Source: Lytechinus pictus (lineage: Eukaryota). Taken from it: a DNA stretch of 64,000 nt. Numbering within the stretch: the first letter of the stretch is position 1; each line of letters begins with the position of its first letter. The notes under the pieces are model-generated. The model saw only the letters and a program-made list of their open reading frames with translations, searched no databases and was not told the DNA's origin. Made by a program: the position numbers and the translations under genes. Below are positions 51,301 through 63,700 of this stretch, one piece after another. Location of the stretch: the NCBI RefSeq assembly GCF_037042905.1, contig NC_087263.1, forward strand, positions 9,984,001 to 10,048,000, given 5' to 3'.

Positions 51301-51797
51301 TCTTCAGCAGCTCCATGGAGAGCCCTGCGTCCATCTTTATTTGCTTGATTCGGGTTTGCGCCGTTTGCAACGAGAAATTTAACCCTCATCAAATGACCGT
51401 TTGAAGCCGCTTTGTAGAGGGAAGTGCATCCTTCCTCATCTGTCTGGTCTATGTCAGGGTTGAATGATCGTTCTGGTGAGATCGAGAGAAGACATTCGTT
51501 CAGGTCTGCCTTCAAAACAATGCTTCTCAGTTTCTTCCTAACAATGGATTTAAGTGTTTCAACACAGTCGGTGGTCAAAATGTTGGCCTTTGGTAACATT
51601 GGAACGCTATCGCTACCCTGAGACAGTTTCGACATCATATCGTCTTCATCTGTATCAGGTTGTTGCGATGTGGGGAGGTTACGCGAAAAAATATATCCTC
51701 CATTGTTGGCATACGCATTGCGGCCACTTTGCCCAGAATTCACAACTCCTAATGTTGGTTGTATACCTGTGCTTAGATAGGTTTTGATAAGAGGCAT
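44368..51797 (-). CDS. Host gene: ankyrin-repeat / hydrophobic segment / Ig-like / GPI-signal-like protein, 8 coding exons, ~1608 aa
   Basis: Join 51797-48471, 48122-48058, 47905-47791, 47489-47449, 47302-47179, 46700-46603, 45912-45798, 45309-44368. All introns are GT-AG with phases 0,2,0,2,0,2,0 and the frame is open throughout. Confidence 0.75.
45798..45912 (-). CDS. Coding exon 7 (linker repeat C)
   Basis: acgtttcag| ... AAG|gtaacc; 115 nt; GGEVPATDDLPITSENDAVDPKPGIK. Confidence 0.72.
46603..46700 (-). CDS. Coding exon 6 (SEHRNNTNCFSILTLLNRVILALAFFFACCPI-R), hydrophobic duplicate of the exon 8 head
   Basis: cttcttgcag| ... CG|gtaaga; 98 nt, phase 0 to 2. Confidence 0.62.
47179..47302 (-). 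CDS. Coding exon 5 (linker repeat B)
   Basis: atgtttcag| ... AAG|gtaatt; 124 nt; GGEVPDTDDFP...NDAVNPKSGIK. Confidence 0.72.
47449..47489 (-). CDS. Coding exon 4 (NLGYIITTTLRYT-R), paralogue of exon 2
   Basis: tttatcctcag| ... CG|gtaaga; 41 nt, phase 0 to 2. Confidence 0.65.
47791..47905 (-). CDS. Coding exon 3 (linker repeat A: ESGVAKPKPLLPGGEVPATDDLPITSENDAVDPKPGTK)
   Basis: atgtttcag| ... AAG|gtaaca; 115 nt, phase 2 to 0. Confidence 0.75.
48058..48122 (-). CDS. Coding exon 2 (NSWRMSPDSLSRHIKTTIRPT-R)
   Basis: ttttcaccaacag| ... CG|gtaaga; 65 nt, phase 0 to 2. Confidence 0.7.
48471..51797 (-). CDS. Coding exon 1: about 29 ankyrin repeats (1109 codons)
   Basis: Repeated G.TPLH.AA..GH...V..L...GA.VN; acceptor ctttacag|ATC at 51813; donor CAA|gtaagt at 48470. 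Confidence 0.93.
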
Positions 51798-51949
51798 GTT
51801 GATTCATTTTGATCTGTAAAGAAAAGAGTATTAAAAAAAGAAAACAATATTTTGATAATCATTACATTAATCATATTTGAATAGTAGTATTTTACTTAAA
51901 TTACCAACTAAAATATAAAAGTTTCGTACTATTTTCTATTCTTACAGAT

Positions 51950-53878
51950 TTGACAATAATGACCAACTTGAACCTTAAAATATTTATAAAATAATAATTC
52001 CACATGTTCAGTGAGGAATATTAACTTTGTCAAACAGGACATATTTCGTGTAATAAAATGCAAAAAATAGTGAGTGAGTGACGTCATCAGTCCCCTTATT
52101 TGCACACAGTGCTAGTGGAGGATGTGCATATAATAATAAAGGAAAACTAAAAAATGCGTTAACTTTTTTTATTTTACATCCGACTTTGATGAAATTTTCA
52201 GTATTTTACTTGATGGATTTTTTTCTCTTTTTATTTAAAGGATAAGTCCACCCCAACAAAAAGTTGATTTGAAAAAAGGAGAAAAAATCTAATAAGCAAA
52301 ACGCTGAAAGTTTCATCAAAATCGGGTGTAAAATAAGAAAGTTATGGCATTTTAAAGTTTCGCTTAATTTCACAAAACAGTTATATGCACATCCTGGTCA
52401 GTGTGCAAATTGGCAGACTGATGACGTCACCCACTCACTATTTCTTTTGTATTTTATCATATGAAATATGGAATATTCTAATTCTCTCCTCCTTGTCAAG
52501 TGAAACAAAGTTTATTTTCTCCCGGAACATGTGCAAATACCATTATTTTAACAGTTTATGGTTAAGTTAAGTTGGTCCCTATTGTCAAATATGTAAAATT
52601 TGAGACATTGTATTATTCAAACAATAAAAAACAAAAGAAGTAGTGAGTGATGGACATCATCGACTCTCTCATTTGCATATTGCTGAGTTGTGCATTGAAC
52701 TGTTTTGTGAAAAATAAGCGAAACTTAAAAATGCCATAACCTTCTTATTTTACATCCGATTTCGATGAAATTTGCAGCGTTATGTGTGTTTGATTTTTCT
52801 CTATCGATTCGAATCAACAATTCTCTGGGGTGGACTTGATCTTTAATTAAATAATCGCTATATACAATCATTTAGCTAAAGGAATCGGTATACTTTACAA
52901 TATGAATTATTTCTTACCAGAGATATCTCTTGTAATGATTTATAATATATAAATTGATTTTATCATTTATTCACTATTGTAACCTCATTTGCAAGACTAG
53001 ACTTGATCACATACTTTTATTGCAAAAGAAAGCGGTTAGAATTTGTTCAAAATCTGCAAATCTTTCACATACAGACCTTCTGTTTTATCGTCTGAAATTA
53101 TTCAAGATGAATGATATTAATACTCTACAAATAACATTTTTTATGCATAAATATAATTATTACATGCTTCCCCCAGCATCCGCAGATTTATTTTCATGTA
53201 ATAGCAATTTACATTCAAATTCAACAACATGCAATTATATTCACATCATTTGCACATAAAACACTAAGACATCATGGACCTGATATTTGGAACGCATTGC
53301 CAGATTCACTCAAGCAGACAAGATAATTTTATTTATTTAAACGAACCATAAAAGAATCGCAGTTACACCAATACCTAGCAAATTGAATTTTAGTATTAAT
53401 ATCATCATTATTATTTTAATGACACATTGACTTTTGTCTCGAAGATGTATACTTTTAAAATGGAAACACTAACAGAACTTGTTATTTTCAAAATTTTTAT
53501 TTTAAGGAAGGACCAAGCATCTCCCTTGCCCCCCCCCCCCCACTGTTCCCAGTCCCTTCAGACACTTGCACGTTTTGACAGTATATCATTACTTTGGCTG
53601 TTTTCCAGGGTTGTCACGCTTTCAAGCTGTGCTTTTGTGACGACCCTTGCAACCATTTTATTTATTGTGTAACAGAAAATACCGCTTAGATATATGTTCA
53701 TATATGATACATTTGATGATTTATGTACAAAATTATTAATTTATTATCTTCATGTCAAATTCAAGATATATGTATGTCTTTTCTTTTCGAGATCTTTGTT
53801 ATGAAAAATGTTGCAAACCAATAAATGAAATAAACTAAAATAAATCAACTTTTTGTTGGGGTGGACTTGTCCTTTAAT
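51950..53878. mobile_element. Nested cluster: Kolobok-like MITE split by a sister MITE (52236-52846) and an L2-group LINE fragment (~52850-53830)
   Basis: Inner TIRs ttaaaggataagtccacccca / tggggtggacttgatctttaa; outer 3' end resumes at ~53841 (tggggtggacttgtcctttaa); LQKKAVRIC remnant. Confidence 0.7.
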
Positions 53879-54068
53879 AACAAATGAAAGAGTTTTCGAT
53901 TAATCTACAATTTTCCCTCATCAAGAAAACCGATTAAACAAGTTTAAAAACAAATGTTAAATCTTAAAGGATCATTTCGTATTAGTTGCTAAGGGTTATG
54001 CCTACCAGAAAAAAAATAACGGTGAAAAGACACTCCACCTCCACAAATTATGATATTATTGTACTGTA

Positions 54069-55055
54069 CAGTGCGTATCAAAAAAAAGTTTACACTTAGA
54101 GAAAGTCCTGTAAAAATATACATTTGTAATATCCTGAAGATTTTTCCACATGTTAACATTGGTAAAGATCCATTTAAGCAAACGACAATATAACTGTCAA
54201 AAAATATTTTCACTTACTTTTGAGCACCACTTACTTTTGAAAAGTTAGTGAAAAATGATCTGCGCAGAACTTTGAAATAGTTATGCAAATAAAAGTAGAC
54301 CTTAATCATGAAGAACACATGAAATTTAGCTAGTAAAATTGATTTGTAAATATCTTTTACAGTTTTTAACTTGTGTCCTTGCCCAAAACACTTCCAAGAG
54401 TGCATTGCGCCCCACCCCACTCCCCCACACACCAATGCCATTGTGACGATATTTGCTTTACACTGAGCTGTGATTTACATGAAATGGCTTAGGCTTGATT
54501 TTCATTTTGTTAATCATTGTCAAGCTTGGGAAAAGTGTGGAGAAACAAGTATTGAATGAAAAGTGAAATGTAAACCCACTTTACATGATAAAACCTTAGT
54601 GAAAAATGCTGGAGATGTCTGATATAAACTTTTGTTCAGATTCAGTTATGTCCTCAGATCCAGCTGGCACAAAGATGGTAAAGGTTCTGCTTACTAAGTG
54701 TTGGAATTTAAATTTGGGTGGCAAAATTGTTACAAAATGTTTGAATGTATCCGTTTTATTCAATTGATTAAAAATGCAACGGAAATGTATGAGAAATGTT
54801 TCGCAGGGTAAGTTTGATTTCGCCCTTTCCCCTTGACACAGCGTGAAAACAAGCATTTCTGCGCAAACAGGTTTCTGCGAGCTTTACAAAAATGGACAGT
54901 GCTCACTCAAGTGTAACATTCTGTCAAAACTTTTACTTTCATTGGATAGATGAGACCCAAACCCCCGATTATATGTGAAAAAATTACCCACATGTTGTAT
55001 ATTATTTAATTCCCAGGGCTTTTTCAAAGTGTAAACTTTTTTTTGATACGCTCTG
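54069..55055. mobile_element. Tc1/mariner-type MITE with TA TSD
   Basis: ta|CAGTGCGTATCAAAAAAAAGTTTACACTT ... AAGTGTAAACTTTTTTTTGATACGCTCTG|ta. Confidence 0.88.
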
Positions 55056-55540
55056 TATAATGGAAGGTGCGCCGTATGAATAGAATGTATATTTGTTATG
55101 TACCATTGTCATTTCCCCCAGGGATCATGCAATTTATATTCTGATCACGATATGTAGAATTTCTATTGTATTTGCTTCCTTTTGGTAAGGTAATGAAACG
55201 CATTTCCCTATTGAAATTACATTTTAAAGGTTTCTCGCGTGACTCATTCAACATGTCCAATCATTCACGCTCCAAATGTTAAGGACAGATGAGGAAAATA
55301 ATTGTCCGGGAAAATTTCTATTCCCAGCGATAACGATGTTATTCTTCATGTGCTGTTCCTCATACAAAGTGTTATCTGATAAAATAGTTTTTAGTAAAAA
55401 TTCGGTATAAATGGAAGTATTGTACAATACAATAGAACTACACGACATATGTTTTCAATTCTATGCTAATCTCTGGTTGGGACACTCAGCGTTGATTTTA
55501 GTTTTTATCTAAACATTAAGAAATTTGAATTACAACTCTT

Positions 55541-58500
55541 TTTTTTTTTTTTTTTTTTTTTTTCTTTCAATAGCATTTATTTAATCATCTGTATATACAT
55601 TTCACATTTATATCAAAATACATTAAACATAATCAAATAATACATACGGAAGACGATACAAAGATTTACCAGTACAGTTTTTGTTCATTTCTAGTCTCCT
55701 ACGCAATTCTGATTTAAATAAAAACGTTAGATTTGATGGTCTATTGTCTACTTTCCTGTAATTACGTAACAAAATTGATTTATACACAGTCCAAAAAGCT
55801 ACATTAATGATATCATCTAGTTCTTTGTGCTCGTTATTTTTTATCAAAAAATCGACATCGATAATAACGTGTTTATTGAAGGCTTTTTTTATCAGCCAAG
55901 TTATATATGACCAAAAATTTTGATTTAATTTACAAGTGATCAAGGCATGTGTTATGTCCTCTTCTACATGGCAACTATTACAATAAGCATCTTCACTTAT
56001 ACGCCATTTACATAAATTTCTTTTCACAGGCAATAAATTATATAGTATTTTGAAATTAAATGATCTAAGTTTGTTTTCTTTTACTGTTAACAAGTTTCTC
56101 TCGAAACAAGTATTCCAGACTATACACTCATTTTCGAAATATTTTCCCAAAAGAAACAACAACGTGAATTTGACCCTTCATGACGTATAGCATAATTGTA
56201 AAAGTATCTTGAAGGTACGTGGTCCAGACATTTTACTGAGTTACCTATTTTTAGTTTGGGTATATCAAGATGCGCAGATCTTTGTAGGTTCTCAATAATA
56301 GATTTTGATAGCCAAATTTTAGGTATAGCTTGCCTCAGTTTTGAATAATAAAAAATGACAGATCTTTTACTATTTTTAAACTTCAACATAGATGAAATTT
56401 CGGATACATCTTTAAAGCCTCCATTAACATTCAAAATGTCTTTCAAGTATATTATTCCACTATTGTACCATTCCTTGAAAAATAGTGGTGATTTATTAAA
56501 ACCAATATAATGATTAAACCATAAAATATTTTCTACCTCATGTTCTTTTCTGAATAATATTTCTTTATCAATCAGACTCCAAGCTCGAATTATTTCAACG
56601 TAAAATGGAGGTATTTTCTTATCAAACAATGGGGTAACATTGTGAACCCGAAAGTCGCTATTCAAGATTAGATTAAGAGTTCCAAAACGCTCAAACCAAT
56701 AATTTCCAAGTGTTTTCCACATAGAATTTACCTCATTTGTTAACCTTCCTAACCATCTTAATCTAAAATTGACTACTTTCTTTTCTATGTCAACCATTTT
56801 CAGACCACCTTGTGTGTAATCTTTGATAACATCACATCTTCTAACCTTTTCCATTCGTGAATTCCAAAGGAATTTGAAAAACATTCTATTTAGTTTCTTA
56901 ATAATTATTGATGGAACTGAATTAAACATAAGCAAATGGACTACTTGGCTTAGTGCCAAGCATTTCACAATCGTCACTCTACCAAATAATGTCAAGTTTC
57001 TTTCACGCCAATTATCTAGGAGACGTTGCATTTTCTCTAACTTATTTTCCCAATTTGCACTGTTATCAATTTCCACATCATTAGAGATAAAAAAGCCCAA
57101 ATATTTTACCGGGTTTTCTGCCCATGTCAGGTCAATGTCTTGTGTCACCCATCGATTTTTTTTCTTACCTATCCATAAGAGTGCAGTTTTTTCTTTGTTA
57201 ATTTTAGGACCGGCTACCCTCCCAAAATCTTCTAATTCAGTTAAAATAATTTCTAATGAGCTATCGTCTCCAACAAAAAAGGTAGTATCATCTGCATACT
57301 GCAATACCTTTAACTCAAAGTGACCATTGGTTTCATCAAAACAAACACCTCTTATAGTATCATTTTTACGTATCTTGTTTGCAAAGAATTCAGCTGCAAT
57401 CACAAACAGGAGTGCCGAAAGAGGACAGCCTTGCCGTATTCCCCTTTGCACTTGAAACTCTTCTGTTATCCTACCATTTACAATTACTGAACTTACTATT
57501 CGACTGTAAAGGACACAGATCCATTTGCGAAATTCATCGCCAAAATGTAACTTGTCTAAGCATTTCATTATAAAAGATATATCAATACAATCAAATGCTT
57601 TGGTGAAATCAACCATCATGACCGCACCTTCAACATTTTTTTCATGCATGTAATCTATCATATCTTTAACAATTCTTACATTGAAACCTCCTAAACGTCC
57701 TTTAATATACCCTACTTGTGTTTCCATAATAATACTCGTTAAAACCTTTTGTAATCTTAATGCTAGAACTGTTGCAATTATTTTATAGTCCCAATTGAGT
57801 AGTGTTACTGGTCTCCAGTTCTTTAGATCGTCACTGTTTCCTTTTTTATAAATCAAAGTTATGAGACCTTTTCGTTGTGAAGGCGACATCTGTCCATTAC
57901 TGAAGAATTCATTGAATGCACTAATTAACAACTCGCCTATTTCTTCCCAGAAAACTTGATAAAATTCGATAGGCAGTCCGTCCATACCTGGCGCTTTATT
58001 CCTCTTCATTGAGAATACAGCCTTTTTGCATTCTGCCATATTCATCAAGCCTTCACATTTATTTCTTTCATCTTGACTAAGCTTTTTCACATCTTGTGAG
58101 AACACATATTCGTTCATATGATCTGGATTAATATGATTTCTCTTATACAGATCTTCATAATACAGTTTAACTTCTCTTAAGACATGTTGTTGCTGATTAG
58201 TAACTACATGTCTCTTCCCATTTACTCTTAGTTGAGTAATAATCTTATTTTCCCCATTTTTTTTCTCAATGGATAAAAAATAATTTGTGTTTTTTTTCCC
58301 CTTCTTCCATCCATCTGATCCGTGACCTTATTGCGGCACCTTTACATTCATTTATGTATAGCTTCTCTAACTTTTCTTTAAGTTGTAGGTATTTTCCTTT
58401 TGATATATCATTATTTCGATTGTCTAAATCACATTCACATTTGGCTAACTCAATTTCCAAAAGTTCTTTTTCACATTTTTTCCTTTTTCGTTTGCTGAAT

Positions 58501-59990
58501 TTCTGAGCAAATTCTCTACATTTGATCTTCAAAATCTCTAGTTTCATCATAGAGGTATTTTCATTATCACTAAGGCATTTTGATATAACATTTCTAATTC
58601 CTGTCTTAAAGTTATTGTCACTAAGGTAGGAAGTATTAAGTTTCCAATATCCTGGACCTTTAATTATTTCGCTCAATCTTAATTTCAAAGAGATTGCATT
58701 ATGATCTCCCTTAACAACGGGTCTAATGTCTGTAGAGACAACTTTTCCCAACAGGTCCTTACTTATTATCCAATAGTCTAATCTAGATGCAATATCCATA
58801 TTCATATTTCTCCAAGTGAATTGTCTTACATCTTTGTTAAATTTTCTCCAGACATCTACGAATCCTTTATTTTTCAGCAAAGTTTTTAGTTTGTGTGGAG
58901 TTTTATAGTACAAGCTTTTTATCCTTTCGTATCTTTTCGTGGATCTAAAACAGAATTCCAATCGCCTCCCAAAATTAGATAACAATCTTTATCTTTGTTT
59001 TGGATATGATCAATTGTTTTTCGAAGTTTCCTAAAAAATGAATCTTTGTTCTTTTTCTCCGTTGGAGCATACAAATTAATTAAACAATAATTAGCTGAGT
59101 TCTTCGTGAATTTGATCACTAATAGTCTTCCAGTGTTATCTTCACAGCTACTGTCTTTAGTCATGTTGATATTTATATTTTCATTTGCTATAACTGCGAC
59201 ACCTCTTGCACGATTGCTTCCATGAGAATAAAATACTTTGCCTTTCCATTCACTATTAATGACTGGTTCGATCTCCGTCGACCAATACGTTTCTTGGGCT
59301 AAAATGAGGTCAGCTTTTTGGTTTTGACACCATTTGAAGAAGATGTTGCGCTTGGTTTTGTTGCGCAATCCTCTCACATTAACGCTCAAAAGATGACACG
59401 TTGACATGATAAAAGAAAATTAAGTTGAGACACCAATAAGATTTTTCCTCACTTTTTCTTTGATTTCTTCTCTTTAAGTTTTCTTTTCTTTGCTGGTTTC
59501 TTCGCTGCAAGTTGAGATCTAGTCTTCGGCAACTCGGGTGACTCTATCGATACTTCCGATTCTGGACAATCATCCGTCTCGATTTCTAGACTATCACCAT
59601 CACTCGATTCATCAGCGCTGGTTTCTGTGTGAACTCGGTCTGCTTGTTTGAGACGCTCGCTACGAATGAATTGCGTAATCTTAGATTGTGTGTTGCCCGA
59701 CGTTTCCTCTTGTGAAAGGGTCTGCAATTCGGTAGCATCTTGGTTGTCAGCTGTTCGTCTCGTTGCCTTGGTAGCGGTCCGTTTCGGCATCTCAACTCCA
59801 GCCTGGCTGTCAGCTATGTGATTGGTTGTCTTGGCGACGGTTCGCATCGGCTCCTTTTTGTCGTATTGACTTCGCGGCTCCCGAGTATCCAAAGTTCCTT
59901 GCTTACCGATCGGCTCCTCTCGGCCTTCTTCGCTTGTTAATCCGGGGTTCGGACAATCTCGTTGTAAGTGCCCTTCCCTCTTGCACAGCC
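55541..59990 (-). mobile_element. 5'-truncated L1/Tx1 LINE with poly(A) tail and 14-bp TSD
   Basis: TSD GAATTACAACTCTT at 55527-55540 and 59991-60004; T-run 55539-55563; ORF1 3' part (CCHC remnant RLCKREGHLQRDC, stop 59449). Confidence 0.93.
55623..59407 (-). pseudogene. L1/Tx1 ORF2p with frameshifts at ~58930, ~58285 and ~56135
   Basis: SVNVRGL, AQETY, GGDWN, SRLDYW, GDH; KAPGMDGLP, DFTKAFD, GIRQGCPLS, YADD; CNSC...HALITC. Confidence 0.92.
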
Positions 59991-60391
59991 GAATTACAAC
60001 TCTTAATACACCGCTATTTCTCTATACACAACCCTTGATCTCATTCAAATCCCCCTCTCTCTCACTCATTCTATCTTTCTATTTCTACACCTTCCACTAC
60101 TAGATGGGAGGAAATACAAATGAATTAGGAAATGAGGTCAGATTATAGTTATGAGAACTGATGTAGTACATTGGACCTGTCTACAAGTCGAATATGGAAA
60201 TGAACCATTATTTAGTGACAAATCGTACCTCTTTTAGGACCTCTTCTACTTAATGTTTAGAGCTATTTTTTTTTTTCCAAACTTTAGTTTCACCTCCTCA
60301 AAATGTGCACCCCATACCACTTTAGTTCCACCTCCCCATGCTCAAACCATCATACGACCTTCATGAAACGGGCTATATATATATATATTAA

Positions 60392-61057
60392 GCCCCTTTC
60401 ATAATTGACGTACGACCAGTTTACGACCGCCTGCAACAGTTTTTTTTTTCTTGTTGTAGCACGATCGATCTCTTGGTGTCTTGCGAGCACTCGCATTCGT
60501 TGTAGACGGTCGCACGAACTCGAGGTGGTCGTGACTGGTCGCATCTGAACTTTGAAGATGTTCAAATCCAAACGCCATCAAATACGATCAATTAACTCGC
60601 ATTAGATCGCACCATCGGTCTGGAGATCATAGTGTGAGTGTTGTTCAACGTTGTACGACTTGATCGCATTAAGTCGACTGGAGGTGGTACAACACTTGCA
60701 CATGTGCTAGCGACCAATAGAGACCAGTCTTGCGATTGGGTGTGATAATATGTAGGTCATAAGACTGTTGTAAGACCGATCGCAACACGTCTTACAACAT
60801 TGCACTACCGTTGCATTCGTATGTATACGACAGTTGCACTCGCAATCCCTCGTGCAACACTCGCATGTGATCGCACGAGCAAGCATTTGCGACCTACTCG
60901 TGCAATGGGGTTTAGTGGTTGTTTTTGTTGTACGACAGCTGTTGTATTTGTGAAAGCCTCTGTGCGATCTCATAAGATGACTAGCGATTGATGCCTGTTG
61001 CAGCCTGTCGGACGACCAAAAGGTCGCAAATGGTCGTACGTCAATTGTGAAAGGGGC
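60392..61057. mobile_element. CpG-rich MITE with ~27-bp TIRs, flanked by TTAA
   Basis: GCCCCTTTCA(T)AATTGACGTACGACC ... GGTCGTACGTCAATTGTGAAAGGGGC. Confidence 0.85.
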
Positions 61058-61700
61058 TTAAGTTTCTGATGCGTCGGGCGCGATGCGAGGCAAAATTGCC
61101 GTTAGCTGGTATTTTTCTTTGGCGTTGGGTTGTTAACATTTCGAAAAAAAAATCGCCTTTATGGGTGACCAAGGCTATTTAGTATAATGGTTTGGAGGCG
61201 TGCCCTTCCAGTAAACGTACAGAGGTTAAAAATGATATGGAGGGCGGAGTTTTGAATACTGCGCCCATAGCACAGCTGGCATCCATCCCTAAATATGTAG
61301 CAGTGTTCAATACTTTGTAAGTTCGAGAAAAATAGTCAAAAATCATGATGCTGAAACATACAGTACAATGATTTGGTCATGGGCACAATCGTGTTGACAG
61401 AATACTCAACATAGGGTTAAATATATACCTACTGACAACTACAGGATTTTAAAGGATACGAACAAGCAGAACGACAATAAAAACAAAACATAAAAATGTC
61501 ATAACGTAATAAAAAATATTAGGTCACATATGATATCCATTAATCTTGTTGCTAGAAATCGTTCGCATTGTTATTTTAGGAAATGTAAGGGGTTGGTCAT
61601 TTTACTAGAGAAGGTAACAAACCTGCATTAATTCAGCGCCATGGTGATATAAAGATGACTTGAAAATAGCTACTAATATGACGTAGACTACCCTTGTACC

Positions 61701-61957
61701 CAGAGGCGGATCTAGAGGGTAGGGGGCACAGCCGGCCGGTCCGTGCTCCCCCTTTTGAAAGCCATAATCAACATTTATAATTTGTTTTTATTCAGTGTCC
61801 CTGCCATTTTGAACATGAGAACCTTTTTTTTGTTTTGCTATTCAAATTTTCCGACTACGAAATAACCTTCAATATAGGTGAAAACCTTTTTTTTGCTTAT
61901 AAAATTTTCATCGGGAAAATGTGCATCCCTTCTGGAAAATCCTGGATCCCTTCCTGC
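61701..61957. mobile_element. Small CAG(A/G)GGCGGATC-type MITE, degraded
   Basis: cagaggcggatctag ... ctggatcccttcctg. Confidence 0.5.
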
Positions 61958-62290
61958 TTGGACCTCACTGCTTGAAACTATGTTAATCAAAACTTTGCGA
62001 ACGAGTGGAACGAGAAATGCCTTTACTTTTATATTGTACAATTTAGTATTGCACGTTAGTATAATTATTCTAATTAATTATTTGGAAGCCATATTGACAG
62101 GACAGAGACGTGTGTGAAAATTATTTCTTTTTTGCGCTTACAATAAGGGGCCCCCTGGATGGCCCCCCGGGATTGGACCCCCTGGATTTGCATATGCGCT
62201 ATTTTTATACTTCTCTTTACAGTCTTTAAGATGTCAATCCGTTAATTTCTAAGATGATTAACATTACTTTGTATTATGTTTGAACTGTAA

Positions 62291-62563
62291 AGCGTCGTGG
62301 TGTAGCGGTTTTGACTCTCGCCTTGTAATCATAGTGTGTCGTGTGTTCGAATCACATCACGGCCTAGCGTCCTTTCCCCCACGTGTTAAATGGGTACCCG
62401 GTATGATGCGAAAGCCTAAGTAGTATGCCCAGTAATTGAGTCTTGCAACTCTTGTTGGAATGCTCTCCAGGGAGTGGAGAAAGTGCATACATCGTGTGCG
62501 GGAATGTAAAGCGCTTAGAAACAAAGTGTAATAAGCACTATAAAAATGAAACTATTATTATCA
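62291..62563 (+). mobile_element. tRNA-derived SINE with a Deu-like central domain and L2-type tail
   Basis: A-box TGGTGTAGCGG, B-box GTTCGAATC, aaatgggtacc, atgctctccagggag, gtaaagcgcttaga...aagcactataaa, (TAT)n. Confidence 0.75.
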
Positions 62564-62971
62564 TAAAAGAATGAATTGAATCGGGAAAATGTGAAGTTCT
62601 TCCGCAAAGATACTTTGTCTCCGCACAATAACGGTCTTATCGCACATTGCCTAGTTACAATAAATACATCGATGAAGTGATATTGAAATCGATACTGGGA
62701 TCTCATTGTATTATGTTGATGTGGGGAAGTTCTCTGGTTTCCACCCATACAAAATGTTTAATTGGACGCTGTGCGTCACCTAACCGACAACAAATAAACA
62801 ATGTATCACTTTGATATTAACTCCTCAAGCAGAATAAGGGGAATGATGAGTCAATTTTATTAAAAGATACATACAAATGAAATAAATATAAGCAAAATTT
62901 GTTAATTTTCATGACATCAACTTGCGTTTAATAGTCACTCCCTCGACTCTATAGAAATATGATTCACTTAC

Positions 62972-63072
62972 CTCGTTAACTATATTCACGATGTCTGACC
63001 CCTGTGATTCTCAAGCAGGGACGTCCCTCTCATGTCCCTGCTCTAAAGTGTATATGCTAAATGGTAAGGTTT
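62972..63072 (-). other. Candidate upstream (5' UTR) exon, possibly of the ankyrin gene
   Basis: cacttccaacag| acceptor and GAG|gtaagt donor; linkage to 51813 is unproven. Confidence 0.3.
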
Positions 63073-63539
63073 CTGTTGGAAGTGAAGTAATAAAGCAATA
63101 AAATAACGCAATTATTTGATACACAGGGGCCACTGGCTTTTAAGGAGGGGGGGGGGGGGACTGACCATGCAAAATGACAACCGGATTGCAATTTTAACAT
63201 TTTTTGTACACGTTAATTAGTTTGTGAGTAGAGAGTCTTTAGTGTTGTTTTATGATATGAAGAATATAAGGGTGAATAATGAATTAATTCATGGTTTTGT
63301 CTTACACATCATCAGTAAAACCACAAGACGACCTCCTAATACGTATAAGATGATAAGCCTAAGTATTTCCAGTGGGCAGTTCCTGTAAAAATGTCCGTTA
63401 TATATCAGACACAATAGACATAGTCCACATCTATTACTACTGCTGCTACTACGACTACTGTTTCCTTGCGCGTATTTGGAGGGGGGGGGGCCTCGGGGCC
63501 CGGGCCCCGGGCAGCGAAATTATTTTTCCCACCAAGTTC

Positions 63540-63700
63540 TGGACCGACATATGAATATTCATGACTTGCGTCTTCGGATTGAGAGGGCGCATGCGCGTGG
63601 ACTTGGCCTCGACCAGTGCTGATCGTAAGCATTCACGTTGCTCAGAATGAATTAGCATCGTCAAATTACCGGTACCCTTACATAGTTACATAGGCCTTAT
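63540..63700. promoter_or_regulatory. Candidate promoter with an NRF1/P3A2-type palindrome
   Basis: GCGCATGCGC at 63587-63596, local CpG enrichment, ATGAATATTCAT palindrome. Confidence 0.35.

Noticed and set aside
62291..62372. tRNA gene
   Set aside because: A/B boxes continue into a SINE body and L2-type tail, and there is no complete cloverleaf.
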